64,000 nucleotides of DNA. It comes from Octopus sinensis. Taxonomy: Eukaryota. Location of the stretch: positions 44,330,001-44,394,000 of the forward strand of contig NC_042999.1 of the NCBI RefSeq assembly GCF_006345805.1. The letters run 5' to 3'. Shown piece by piece: positions 11,935 through 25,497 of the stretch (the first letter of the stretch is position 1; every line of letters starts with the position of its first letter). The translations under genes and the position numbers were made by a program. The notes under the pieces were generated by a model, which saw only the letters and a list, made by a program, of their open reading frames with translations, had not been told where the DNA came from and searched no databases.

Positions 11935-12950
11935 TTCATCGTCGTCATTTAACATTCATCCATGCTGATATGGGTTGGACAGTTTGACCTGAACTGGTAA
12001 GCTGGGGAGCTGCACTAGACTCCAGTCTGATTTGGCATGGTTTCTACAGCTTGATGCCCTTCCTAATGTCAACCACTTTACAGAGTGTGCTGGGTGCTTT
12101 TATGTGGCACCGTCACAAGTGTAAGACACTACCAGAAGGATCAGTCTTAATACTTTTGTTGTGGAGTACAGGTCTTCTTGAGTATGGCAGGGCGCCAGAC
12201 ATCTGAGTCCCTTGTCATCTCGCCTGAAAGGTTCAGCTTCCTGAGGTCATTCTTCGGTACTTCATCCCATGTCTTCCTGGATCTCCCACTTCCATATGTT
12301 TCATCCACTTATCCACTTTGAGAATTCGGCACTTCTTTATGGAGCTGTTGGCATCCATCCACACATCACATGACCAAACCAGTGCAGTCTTCCCTCTTGC
12401 ACACAGCAACTAATTCCTCTTATTCCTAACTTCTCTCTCAGAACACTAGCACTCTGTCAAACATATACGCTTACATTACACATCCAGTGGAGCATACTTG
12501 CCTCCTTCCTTTCTAAACTTTACATGTCTTCTGCATTCATGGCCCATATCTCACTATCACGTATATTTACTGTCCATATACATGCATCATAAAATCTTTC
12601 ATGGCCAGCAGAGGTAACAGCTCTCTGAATTAACTGCATCCTATTCTAGCTATCACTCTCCATGCATCCTCCTCCGCTACTCATTTGGTCCCTAGGTAGC
12701 AGAAATTATCTCCTGCGTCTAATGAGCCACCAGGGCATTTGAAAGAATCAATTTTCTGAGTCTCTTAAAGTTTTTATCGATCCTCTGCATCTTCCACGTA
12801 TGAAAACTATCTTTTCTGATAACCTTTCTATTAATCCACTGCATGTCTCATGTGTCCATAGCCTGCACTGTATGGAGTTCCTGCCTACATCTCTCCTACA
12901 AATCAAACGGGGCCACCTACCTGAGTGGGATCAGGTCATATTTGTATTAT
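11935..12950 (-). mobile_element. Older, longer RTE-clade LINE fragment
   Basis: Reverse-strand RT C-terminal remnants (LHWFGHVM..KKC..GRSRKTWDEV) plus the same 3' tail. Confidence 0.75.
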
Positions 12951-13864
12951 AGTTCAGGCTAATACTGAACTTATGCATGAAAAATTTAGGAATGCATTGG
13001 TGTCGTGCAAACTATCCTGAGTGGCTGTAGAGATAATTACTGTTCCGTTTACAACCAAGCACAAGTGTTTTTGTTTTGTTAGATTGGTAGCAGTATGAAG
13101 GACAAGTTTTGGAGCAGGCTTATTACACCTTTTGCCGACTCAAATGAGACAACCCCAAGTAGCTTTTCAGCACTGCAGTAATGATGAGGGTGCACAGCAG
13201 TGTGTTTCTTACTGGAAAATATTTATTTTCTTGATTCCAGAAGATTTTAGAGTTCTCAGTATCTATATAAAAGTACAGGTAAGATATGATGAGAGACATG
13301 TTTAGGGCTCACAGAACATGTCTGAGAGTTTGTGTAGATTCAACCACAGTCTAGAAGTAAACATGATCTTTACATGAATTATGAGAGACAAGCATGAGCT
13401 GCTGTTTGTGGCCTTTATTAACTTTACAAAGGCTTGTATATATGACTTTACCCTCTAGCTACATTCTTTGGTTGCTTTGAAATTTTTTGTATCTTTGGAG
13501 CCCCACTGCTTCATGTACAAGTTACAGTCCATATTAAACCAAAAGATTTTTGTAGTTTTCTCGGGTTGTGGTCTAGCTTCAACTTTGTTCTCCTTCAAAT
13601 ATAAATAGTTATGTTTCTTGGCTAGTTTTCTGTATTCTGTGTATCCCATTGGACATGCTGAAGAAGGAATCTTCAAAGTCATATAACCATATAAATGAGA
13701 CTTGGACTCTGCAACTTGTCTCACAGGCTACCTGTTTTAGATGAACAGCAACAACTCTATTGCTGGCAACGTGATAAAATGCACCCAGTACACACTGTAA
13801 GACATGGCAACAAAGTTGGCCAGTTTTCTCTCGTGTGTGTCAGAAGATGCAACCTACAAAAATT

Positions 13865-14078
13865 AATTTAAACCGGCCATATCCGGCCAAAATATTTAAC
13901 CTGTTTTATGTTCAAACTGACCAGATCCAGGCCCTCATACCTACCCTACAATGTTATTCTACATTGGTAATTACACCATCAGGATCTTGAAGATATGAAA
14001 TAATGCATGATTAATTCAAATCAATGGGAATCAATAGACATTATGTTTGATGGAATAATCTGAACACTAAAGGGTTAA
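13865..14078. mobile_element. TTAA/piggyBac-type MITE (partial)
   Basis: Ends aaagggTTAA; body shared with 19658-20064 and 27641-27830. Confidence 0.6.
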
Positions 14079-16384
14079 AATAATTTTTTTTTCTGTTCCT
14101 GGACTTAAACTTGGTGTTGAATAAAATTGGAAGATGCAAATGTGAGATTATGTATGTGTTACTTCTAAAGATTGTAGAAAATACTGTGAGGTTAGATCTC
14201 TGGAAGCTGGATGAAATGCTAAAAAATGTGACAAATGATCAATATAAGATGAATGTCAATATACTATACACCAGACCCATCTAACCGATGTTAGCTAAAA
14301 CACTGGACGATGATAATTGTGGTGGTGATGGTATAGATATCAGCTTTTTATAATTTTCAACCATCATATTAATTATACATTTTCTTATTGTCACGAATTC
14401 AAATATTTGTAACAATACCAATTATATTCAAGTTTTACAATAATACATGGCTACTATAGCTCTTATGTAGTCTGTACATTGCTATTAGAGCTACTCTTCA
14501 TTACAAATCTTTTAATTATAATCAATGCAATATTCTAGGATTGTCCAAAGATCAAGTATGTTGTAGTTTTCAAATTGGCAGTGAGAGCATTGAATCAAAT
14601 ACCATGTGGAATTTATTTCAGTTTCTTGCATTCTAAGTTCAAATTATACTGAGACTGATTTACTTTTTCATCTTTTCAGGATCAGTAAATAAAATGCTAG
14701 TGTGGATTGGTGGCCTGATGGAATTGTTAGAGAACTGGACAGGATGCCTTGCTGTATTTGTTCTTGCTTTTTGTGTCCTGGTTTCAAATCCGATTAGGGC
14801 CCTACATGGGTGGTCGAGTTAATTAATTGTCCAGCACTTATTTTAATATCATCTGCTTTTTCAGTGTCTTTTGCAAAGTCCACTTTCTTGTAAGCATTTG
14901 GACTGTGAAATTAGACCATGAAGGCCTTTCCATCAGTTTCAGATGAGGATTGAATCAACTAGTTTTACTGTCTTTACACGTTGCCTCTCTGTCTGGTACT
15001 CAAGTATTTATTTTCAAGATGTCAACTTTGTATCATTATGCAAATGACTTGTGTCTGCTGTAATTTAGTTTACTTTTTTATAAGGTTTTTTTTTACTATA
15101 TCTTGCAGAGGGGAGATAAGTGATCCTTAATAACCTATAAAGACAGTAAAACCAAGAGGTCCAATGTTCATCTGAAGCTGTTGAAAATGACTTCATAGGC
15201 TTAAGAGACTAAATGCATATGAATACGACTTGTGCATATTTATTCATTCATTCATTCATAGCACATGGTGTATCGGTCTTCTAGTATTATATTTAACAAT
15301 GTGAATGAAGGTAGTTGATTGGCAGAAACATTAGAGCATCAGATAGAATGTACCACAGTATTTGTTCCAAATTCAAATCCTTCAAAGGACAGTTTTACCT
15401 GTCAGCTTTGTGCAGTTGATTAATTAAAGCACAAATCAATTACTGAGGCTGATTTAATCACCTAACCAATTCACACTAAATTTGTATATCAGTGTTGAAA
15501 ATGATGTTTCCAGATTGTAGTTTCTCTGGAAAGGTAAACAATTGCTTTAATGATTCCTTCTCCTAATATACATGCAATATGTTTTGGTGAGCAGTGAAAT
15601 AGGTTTTTTTTACCTTTCATGCTTTTTCAAAGATCTCCAAGCAAAAACTGAAATTGGCTTATCAATTAGGTTTACCCTTTTGCTGTGGTGATTATGATAT
15701 ATAATTGAGTGTGTTTAGCTAAACATTTCCATATGTTTACAAGGTGAGAAAAATAATAGGAATCAAGGCAGGAAAATGTACATTTTGTATGAAATAAAAA
15801 GTTTTTCCAATTAAAACTTCAGCTTCTATACTCTCCTACATTTATTTTATATCTCTCTATATATACATATGTATATGTATTCATTCATGTTAGTATGTTT
15901 TTCTATGCTGGCAGAATTACTACAGCCAGGTGCTCTTCCTGTCTACCAGCCCTTGTTTTCAAGTAAGGTATTTTCATTCCACTTGTCCTCATGTGTCAAA
16001 AACGATTCTTTACTTACTGGAGAATGTAAAAGCCACTGATTATTGCTCGTGCAATGTTAATGAGGACACATGAAACAACATTCATATATTACGACTGGAT
16101 TCTCCAGAGTTTCTATTGACTAGATCCACACGCAAGGCACTGGTCAACCAATGGCTATAGTAGACATTTTCCCATGGTACCACACATTGGGACTGAAACT
16201 GGAAATATTGCAAAATGAATGGTGTGACGACACAGCCATGTCTGTGCATCTGTGTGTATCTGTGTCATCATTTAACGTCTTCCATACTGGCATGGGTTGG
16301 ACAGTTTGACAGGCTCCAATTGTCTGTTTTGGCATGGTTTCTATGGCTGGATGCCATTCTAAACACCAAATATATATATATTCT

Positions 16385-16736
16385 TTTGTTCTTTTACTTG
16401 TTCCAGTCATTTAATTGCTGCCATTCTGGAGCACCACCTTAAACACTTAGTTGAAATCGACCCCAGGACTTATTCTATTGGTCTCTTCTGCTGAACTGCT
16501 AAGTTACAGGGATGAAAACATACCAACACTAGTTGTCAAGTGGCAATGGGGGGGAACAGACACATACACATTTATACACAACAGGCTTCTTTCAGTTTCC
16601 ATCTACCAAATCCACTCACAAGGCTTTGGTTGACTCAAAATTATAGTAAAGGACACTTGCCCAATGTGCCTTGCAGTGGAGCTGAACCCAGAACCATATG
16701 GTTGGGAAGCAAGCTTCTTACCACACAGCCACACCT
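16385..16736 (-). mobile_element. SINE family A
   Basis: Family consensus blocks present. Confidence 0.8.
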
Positions 16737-17565
16737 GATGTCTAAAGATTTTATTGCATAAATTTCTTAGTTTTCTAAATTTCTCTTAATTTTAAAAATG
16801 GTTACTTTTCAGACACCCTACATTTCATAAAATGCATGTAGGAGTGGTTGAAGATTTTTATATTTTAAAAAGCAGTTAAAAAAATCAAATATTGAAAAAA
16901 TATTTCATACAAACATTACTATAATTTATAGATAAATTGAGCAAATTAATAATTAAATTTACTGGTTTCCTTAAAATTTTATTCCAGTCATTAAAGTAAT
17001 TTTAAAGGTCTAGTTTGATAAATGAGTTCTGTCCATAGCCATCCCAGGCCTTCTATGAAAGTGACATTAGCACAATCCCTCTTCAAATAATTACGGATTA
17101 TGTTTTAGTGTCTAAATACTAATAGCAACACTACAGTAATTATATTCCTTTGTTTCCCGTGTTCTAATACTACTGAGGTTTACTTCGCCTTTCATTCTGA
17201 GGTAAATAAAATAAAGCCCCTGTCTGGTACTGGATTTGATTTATATCCTTAGGATGCTTCTTTTTGTGTGAATGAAATAATAGATGAAAATGATGATCAG
17301 TTAGATTTATTCATGATTAGTCTTAGCATGTTTCTATTCCAAATTATTGTAAAGTTTATATTGACTGGTACTTTAACTTTTGTTTTGTTGAGTAAACGGT
17401 CAGGCAAAACTTAAAGACCTGATCAACATGAAATTTTAACTCAGCTCTTTGTAGTGAGCCCTCCCAAAATAGCAACCTCTAACATCTATTTCTAATTATA
17501 TCTCCTATATAATTTATATATTCCCTCTTCTTTGTTAAAGTAGCACAATTAATAAATGAATAATT

Positions 17566-17575
17566 TTTATTTATT
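17566..17575 (-). terminator. Candidate TRPA1 polyadenylation signal (two overlapping AATAAA)
   Basis: tttatttatt on + strand, about 145 nt past the stop; the genome is AT-rich so specificity is low. Confidence 0.35.
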
Positions 17576-17717
17576 CATATTTTCTTTCTCAGTATCATCT
17601 TTAAGAGAATTGACTGCTCAATTCTCTATATTCCCTGATTTTCGTTTGCAAGATGTCTTAGGGTAGATATTTTCCAATGCTAACCCTTGAAATTTTCAAA
17701 TGAACACCAATCACAAA

Positions 17718-17973
17718 TCAGTTTTGTTTCTTCATGTTTTTGTTCTGCTTGTAAGACAAAGCAGCCGTTCGTTTTAACAAATTATTTCGAACTAAATCAG
17801 ATGACCATCCATTGACTACATGAGAGTTATCAACCCCTGATTCACTGTCACTCTCCACACTTGTATCTACACCTTCATCTTTGTGGTCATCCTCTGTGCT
17901 AATGTCCATCTTGCGAACAATGAGTCGAAGAAGTTCATAGTGTTTGTTTATGCTGTTTGTGATATCTCGCAAT
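17718..17973 (-). CDS. TRPA1: TRPA1-like channel, last exon (C-terminal coiled coil, acidic tail, stop)
   Basis: tttccAG|(R)LRDITNSINKHYELLRLIVRKMDISTEDDHKDEG... matches the TRPA1 coiled coil. Confidence 0.9.
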
Positions 17974-18382
17974 CTGGAAAGAAAGTACAAAACAGTGATA
18001 AAAGAAGGGGAAAATTATTAGATATTCGACAATCACAATGTGTATATTATATATACACACACATATATACCACACTATGAAGAAAAAAAACATTCTTATA
18101 GACCAACTTCATTTTTAATTTTAATGAAATGTTTCTCTTCATGGTATATCTAATTAACAAGTTACAGGTTAAATCATGATGAAAATTTCTAAAAGGAATA
18201 AAATAATGCTATACATGACTACCACCAACCAGAAACCCTAAGAACTTCATAGATAAATAAAATTTTAAAAATTAAATAAACTCTGCATCTTCGTGATCCT
18301 AAATTTCTAATTCCATTTCATGTTGCTATGAGGTAGTTACCTCCCTTCAGCATTTATGTGCATAAATAAATTTATATATATA

Positions 18383-18762
18383 CTTTTTACTCTTTTACTT
18401 GTTTCAGTCATTTGACTGCGGCCATGCTGGAGCACCACCTTTAGTCGAGTAAATCGACCTCAGGACTTATTCTTTGTAAACCTAGTACTTATTCTATCAG
18501 TCTCTTTTGCCAAACCACTAGGTTACGGGGACGTAAACACACCAGCATCAGTTGTCAAGCGATGTTGGGGGGACAAACATAGACACACAAACATATACAC
18601 ACACATACATGTATATATACATATATACGACGAGCTTCTTTCAGTTTCCGTCTACCAAATCCATTCACAAGGCTTTGGTTGGCCCAAAGTGCCACACAAT
18701 GGGACTGAACCCGGAACCATGTGGTTGGTAAGCAAGCTACTTACCACACAGCCACTCCTGCA
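18383..18762 (-). mobile_element. SINE family A
   Basis: Near full-length copy with (cttttta) tail. Confidence 0.85.
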
Positions 18763-19418
18763 CCTATATATATATATATATATATATATATGATATAAAA
18801 GTCCCTTTTCACATTAATGATAAAAAAAAAAAAAATTGGCATGGCAAGATTTGAACTCAAAACCTAAAGAGCCACAAGGAATATTGCAAAGCATTTTTTG
18901 CAATATTCTAATGATTCTGCCTATTCACTGCCTTAAAATAGTTTCTAGTTTAAGGCACAAGGGCAGCAATTTTGAAGAGAGGAAGTTTGTTGGTATCATC
19001 AACTCCATTACTTGATTGCTACTGTATAATATTGACCTCAAAACAGTGACTTTGATAGAATTTGAATTCAGAGTGTAGAGAGCTGAAAGAAACATACCAA
19101 ATCTTTTTATCAATTGTTCCAGTGATTTTACCAGACAAGCACCCTGTCTTCTATAATCTTAATAATACTACAGTTATATTACAAAGCAGTGAGCTGGCAG
19201 AATTATTACCCCACCAGGTAAAATGCTTAGCAGCATTTTGTCTGTCTTTATGTTCTGAGTTCAAACTCTGCTGAGTTTGACTTTGCCTTTTACCCCTTTT
19301 GAGTTTGAGAAAATAAGTACCAGTTGAGCACTGGGGGTCAATGTAATCAATTTATCCACTCCCTTCAAAATTGCTAACCTTGTGCCAAAATTTGAAACCA
19401 ATTTTACTATTACATTAC

Positions 19419-19534
19419 CTTTTCTTTTGTTGGTGCATTTCATCATAAAGGTAAGCATTCTGTGCAATTGAACGGCCCAAACTAGCTAATTTAGCATCCA
19501 ATTGCCCTGCATCTGCATCTTCATTTACAATTTT
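19419..19534 (-). CDS. TRPA1: TRPA1-like exon (pre-coiled-coil)
   Basis: cttgtAG|KIVNEDADAGQLDAKLASLGRSIAQNAYLYDEMHQQKK(R)|GTaatg; phase 0 to 2, joins the last exon in frame. Confidence 0.82.
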
Positions 19535-19657
19535 CTACAAGAAATAAAGAAAATTATTAATGTTTTCTTACCAGTTCAGCTATTCAAAATATTATTACTG
19601 AAATCTTCAAAAAGAAAAAAAAAAAGCACCTTTTCCTCTTCCCAAGTTTTGTGTTGT

Positions 19658-20064
19658 TTAACCCTTTAATGTTCAGATTACTCTGTTAAATGAAATACTT
19701 TTTCACTCAAATTGTTTTGAATTAATCATGCATTAACTTATAGCTTTGAGGTTTCAATGATATGATTGTTTATTTTTAGAATGTCAATGTAGGTTAGGTG
19801 TGAGAGGCTAGATATCGCCAGTTTAAACATTAAAGGGTTAATCCTCTAGCATTTAAACTGGCCATACCTGGTTCAAATGTTCTACCTGTTTTATGTTCAA
19901 ATTGGACAGATCTGATCTCTCACACCTACCATACAATGACATTCTAAAAATAAACAATCACACCGTCAAGATCTCAAAGCTATGAGACAACGCATGACTA
20001 ATTCAAAACAACGTGTATGAATAAGTATTACATTTGACAATAATTCTGAATACTACAGGATTAA
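19658..20064. mobile_element. Two adjacent, oppositely oriented TTAA/piggyBac-type MITEs
   Basis: TTAAccct...agggTTAA (19658-19841), then tcct...aggaTTAA (to 20064); the two bodies are reverse complements. Confidence 0.7.
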
Positions 20065-20742
20065 GGAAGCTATTGCTGCTTTCTTGTATTAGTACTGTAA
20101 CTGTAATAGAAAAAGTTGGTGTTGAGAATCATAATTGAAACCTATGCCCCAAGTAGAGCATTAGGAATTATCCTTAAATAATTATGGCACCAGGTCACCC
20201 AAAGCCATGTAAATGGAAGACAGAACCTTAAACCTAGTGTATGTGTGTGAGTTTGTTCGTGGTCCTCCAAAAATTTCTCAGTTTGAGTTGTGTCATTGTT
20301 GCCATTTCCTCTGTGAATGAATCATCTGTTGTCTTTACATGTTTTAAGACATGTGGTATAAGATATCCCTTAGTTGAAAAACAAGAGATAGTAGCAAGGA
20401 GGGCATCTGGCTGTAAAACAATTCCTTAATAATATATTCATTTAAGTCATGCCAGCATAAAAAAAAAAAACCCTGTAAAGACGAACATATACATATACTC
20501 CTCCACATATACATGCATACATACATTATTTATATATATTTATTATGATAAACTCTTGTATGTCCAAATTTGGCCAGTTGTGTTTTTTTCAGTATTTTTG
20601 CTTGCAATAGCCAGTTCATTTGGTCAAACTATCATATCTCCAGCTGCTTCAACAGTTTTGGTATGGAATAGTGAAACTATTTTTTTTGTTTTCTGAAAAA
20701 GCAATGTTTTGGATTTACAACACATTTGCATAAAAACAACAA

Positions 20743-20787
<45 letters not shown>

Positions 20788-21503
20788 AATTTGTGTGCTT
20801 GAGATGACATGTCAAGCTAAGTGAAATTGTGGACATGGCCTAGTGCTGGTGATAATGTGAATGGCACCCATGCTGGTGAAAGGCACACTGTGGACTGGTT
20901 GGCATTAGGAAGGGTATCCAGCCATAGAAACCAAGCCACTACAGACTGGGACCTGGTGCAGGTCTCTGGCTTATCTCCAGTCAAACCATCTAAGCCATAG
21001 TAGCATGGAAAATGGACGTTAAATGATGATGATATATATTTGTACTAATGTTCCCAGGTGGCAGGCTTGATAATTGTTGAGAGTTTTCTTTCTACATGAA
21101 ACCATTGATAGCATTGTTAACTCACAAATATGTGTATGCCTTTCTTTGATGCTCAACTGCTGATGAAATTGGAGGGACACCACTGTGTTGGGCATTTATT
21201 TTTCCAGACCTAACAGAGTTCATGCCTCTCCTGGTCTGATCATAGTTAAATTCTTTCAGAAATTGAGAAAGACGAAAACAGGCAGTGGAAAAGAAAAATG
21301 AGTGAGAGAAAGAGAAGAATCTACCCCCAGTACAGGATTGGTACTTTATTGTTGCTAAAAGGATGAAAAGTAAATTGACCTGGGCAGGGTTTGAACAAAA
21401 ATTCCTCCAATGCTCTAACAACTCTGCCAATTGGCTGTCTTACATCATACATACAAAATCCCCCCTCCCACACACATAAACATGCATACATATACACTCA
21501 TGC

Positions 21504-21543
<40 letters not shown>

Positions 21544-21552
21544 CACACACAC

Positions 21553-21955
21553 ATGGTGCGATGCGTAAATTTTCACCATTTTATATATTTAATTTCATGC
21601 ATTGTTTTTGATTTTGTTGATTGCACAGTATTGTAGGGTCAGTTGGGCACCATCTGTGAGAAAAACAGCACCATGATGCAATTCACTCTGATAGAAATTT
21701 GGAAACAACATGCTGTACTGCTTGGTATTCACAGTGGAAGCTCCAATACTAACATTTCAGAGTGTTTGGGTGTCAGTCTGAGGACATGTACTAAGAGTGA
21801 TAAACATCCAGTCAACATCATGGTGTTTGGAGTGATCACTAGTGATGGTGACGTTATGCCTCCATCTTCCCACATGACCTCAGTCTCAACACGGAAACCT
21901 ACATGTAGTGCCTGAAGGAGGTAGTATTGCCTTGGGTCAAGAGGGTGGCTGATGT
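21553..21955 (+). mobile_element. Deleted Tc1/mariner-superfamily transposon
   Basis: Transposase remnant KHPVNIMVFGVITSDGDVMPP, frameshifted. Confidence 0.65.
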
Positions 21956-22165
21956 AAGGCAACGCTGGTAACGATCATGCTCAAATGGTGCTTTTTATGT
22001 GCCTGTTACTGTTAATCTAATTTCAGTCACAAGTCTTTGATAGAAGCCTTTGCTCAAAATTATATGCTGTGGATTTGAACACACAATCGTATGACTGCAG
22101 CATGAGCTTGTTAACCGCATGGTCATATGTGTCTGAGAATACTATAAATGTGAAAGGAAACTAAC

Positions 22166-22258
22166 CAGTCTGTTGGGATAGATGCGATAAATCATTTTAT
22201 TGACTTTCTGGATAAATCTGCGAGGTAGTTTGCTTTCCAAATCGGCATGTAATTCTAC
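22166..22258 (-). CDS. TRPA1: TRPA1-like exon (TRP-like helix)
   Basis: ttacAG|VELHADLESKLPRRFIQKVNKMIYRIYPNRL|GTtagt. Confidence 0.93.
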
Positions 22259-24859
22259 CTGTAAAATGGATTTTAAAATATTCAAGCAAATAAAGGATTA
22301 ACCGTATGGAACATGACAAAAGACTTTAACAATAATTAAGACTTAAAAGGTTTTAAATAATAATTGTTGTGTAGGTATGAGTGAATAAATGAATGCTTAA
22401 ACCAAACGAGATTTAACTCTGTTTACATAACTAATTAAAGTATAATTAATGCACGTTTTGGTGCACCTGACCACTATATACAATAATTTCATTATTATTT
22501 TATTATAATATAATTCCATTATAAGAATACAAAGTATTCTAGCTTCACTCTAAAATACATTTTGTAGTGGGGATGTGTGGCAGAAGTTGGAGTTATAACT
22601 CACTAAATTATCTTAGAGCAAAGCTAGAAATAACTTGTACATTGTAATTCTATTTATATAATTGTATGTGTGTGTGTGTGTGCATAGTTCCAGTCTTTCT
22701 ATAGTACTCTGTGTATGTTTATGTGTAATGTATATGAGAGAAGAGAGTGGGAAGGTAGATTACATTAAGAGAATTAATGAGGCGTAAAAATGTACAGTTG
22801 AAAGATAGAAAAATAGATCAGTTAGTGCAAGTGTATATTCTGGAATAAAGAAGGGAGTTGTAAAAATAAAAAAATATTATTACTAGTGAAAAAGCATATA
22901 AGAGAAAAAGGTATATTTGGGGAGAGAGAGAGCCTTAGGTAATATAATATCAATAAATTCACTTAACCTGGTTTTTGGTGAAAACAAAAATTTATCTCAA
23001 AATATTTTGATTAGATAAAACACCTGATGTTTAGTAGACATATACACAAACTCACACATAAACATAAAGAAGAGAAAGAGTCAAACATCAATTTGTTTAT
23101 ATTTGACTGAACAGACCTATATTTATAACCCCCACACCTGTGATCATCCTCTCTCTCTCAAGATGGTTGTAAGATTTAAGGTACATTTGGTTGTTATTTC
23201 AAAGCAATTCAACGACTATATGGAGACTCTCTCATTGATTCATTTTGTACTCTGTTGTATCCAGTGATACATCATTTGGTTCTGAGAGAACAAATGTATG
23301 CTACAGCTTTCGTGCTTATTTTATGATTCAGAGGCATCACTATAGCATGTATTGCCCAGTGCAGTCCTTGAGCTTTTCCCCACTTCTGGGTCCTAAAGTC
23401 TGTACTGGCTTATACAACTGACCCAAAAGTGCTGCCCTCAAAAAAGCATCAACTGGGGGTAGACAGACCTTTCTTGTACCACCTAGCTAAATTACTGCAA
23501 GGATTTTATCATTCTTCTTAATTGGTTAAGAATATTTATTGTGTTAGAAGGCTCAGTTGTGTTTATGACATACATACCTCTCCCAGAAGCATTTAGTGTG
23601 TCAGTGAAGTGAAATAACATCAACTGGGACTTAGACTAGATCACAGTTTACAGCAGTGTTTACTTCTTACTTTGTACTTATGTGTTTTCAGGAAGAAAAA
23701 GGTAATTATAACATACTTGCTTCTCCTTAGAGCATTTACTATGTAATTGAAATAAACGGTAGCCAAAAGCCATGGCTGTCACTCACATGTAAGTATGGGC
23801 TGCTTTCACGGACTGTTTTCAGTGCCTCTGTAGCCATGAGTAAACATTAGTTTGCCTCCTGGCACTACCCATCCTTGATTTAGCAGAACATTGAGGATGT
23901 AACAGTTGAAAGGAAATAGGGCTGTACTAGCACTAGCTAGGGCTCATTTTCAGTTGAGTAGACTGGAACAGCATGAAATGAAGTGCATTTGTTCTCAAGA
24001 ACATAATTTGTTGGCTAGTTGAACCTACACCTTAAGATCATGTAACCAACTCACTTAAACACATTGTTTGATGTTTTCTTCAAATTCTATGCCCATGGGC
24101 TATGGGTTATAATCCATTCAGTCATAACTGGTGCACCTGAGCACTGTATACAATAATTTCATTATTATATTATTATTATAAAGATATCACTGAAGACTTC
24201 ATTGTCATCTTTATGCAGGGTAAGTCAGCATGGCAGAGGGATCATCCTTCTACAAACTGTACTCACAAGAGAAGTTAGGCTCAGTGCTGAGAGTTACTGA
24301 AATTCTTATCAATTTTATAGACCTTAAAGGGGTAAGTTGCTCCCATACAGCAGAATATATTTACAACCTTGTGCACCGGGTTAGTTAAGAGTTTTGGTTA
24401 TGTACAAATCATGGCTGTTGTTTAAGCTCCAGGCCAGCCTTAATTGGGTATACCTATAATGAAAATCATTGCAATTGTTATATACTCACTTCTACCCAAA
24501 ACTTGTATATTTACTAACTAACAGGTACCCTGTTGGTTATAGTGATGAAGGTTCCAGCCGGTCTGATCAACAGAACAGCCTGCTCTTGAAATTAACATTC
24601 AAGTGGCTGAGCACTCCACAGACAAATGTACCCTTAATGTAGTTCTTAGGGAGATTCAGCATGACACAGAATGTGACAAGAGATGGCTGGCCATTTGGAA
24701 TACAGGTACTAACTTTTGTCAGCTGTACTGATTGAAGCAATGTCAAAATATTTTGTTCAAGGATGTGTCTCTGGGAATCGATCTCATGTCCTTACAATCA
24801 TAAGCTAAATACCCTGACCACTAAGCCATGTGCCTTCACTATTCATATATCTATCTATC

Positions 24860-25140
24860 CACTCAGTTACTCGATGGATCAGTGTTCTTCAGCCAGTTCT
24901 ATCCTGGGTCGCTTCTTTCAGATTGGCTATGGCCATTCCTGTGTCACTCTTGATGATGTCAAACCAGTGGGTTCTTGGTCGGCCTCTTCCTCTCTTGCCA
25001 CTGGCCATTCCGAGCATGATGTCCTTCTCCAGGGATTTTCTCCGCATAATATAACCAAAATATGCCAATCTATGCTTGGTGAGCCTCGCTGTCCATGGAA
25101 TCCGTAAAAATCTTCTCCAACACCAAAGCTCGAATGCATA
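24860..25140 (-). mobile_element. RTE/BovB-type LINE 3' end
   Basis: Frame reading LAYFGYIMRRKSLEKDIMLGMASGKRGRGRPRTHWFDIIK. Confidence 0.75.
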
Positions 25141-25428
25141 TACTTAGGTCTATATTATGCAATGTGATCATCCTTTTTTTTAAGATGGTAGGATGTGACA
25201 TGAAGGAAATTGGGTTGCTAGACTTGCTTGTTTGTTCAATAGCAAAAGAATATTAACTTCTAACAACTTGATCATCTGGTCATCTAATGACTTGTCTCTC
25301 CACTCATGTTGACTTCTTGTTGTGTACCAATAGCAATATCTATAAAGTGCCACTTTGTAATCAATCATACTCCATTCCTCCATTACCAAACTGAAGCTTC
25401 GTGCCAATGTCAGAAAAACAATATTTAC

Positions 25429-25497
25429 CTGCATTGTCAATCTTTTTAATCGTGCATCTCTGATGACAGCATCAATATTGCCAACAGCCAGGCCGAT
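25429..25497 (-). CDS. TRPA1: TRPA1-like exon (S6 gate, TRP-like domain)
   Basis: ttccAG|IGLAVGNIDAVIRDARLKRLTMQ|GTaaat. Confidence 0.95.

Noticed and set aside
20234-20368. Candidate TRPA1 exon after a good pyrimidine tract
   Set aside because: Lies in a diverged repeat similar to 36780-36970, ends in a stop and has no TRPA1 similarity.
21126-21209. 84-nt AG..GTGAGT candidate TRPA1 exon
   Set aside because: Open only in phase 2, while the flanking exons are phase 0, where it contains a stop; at most a poison exon.
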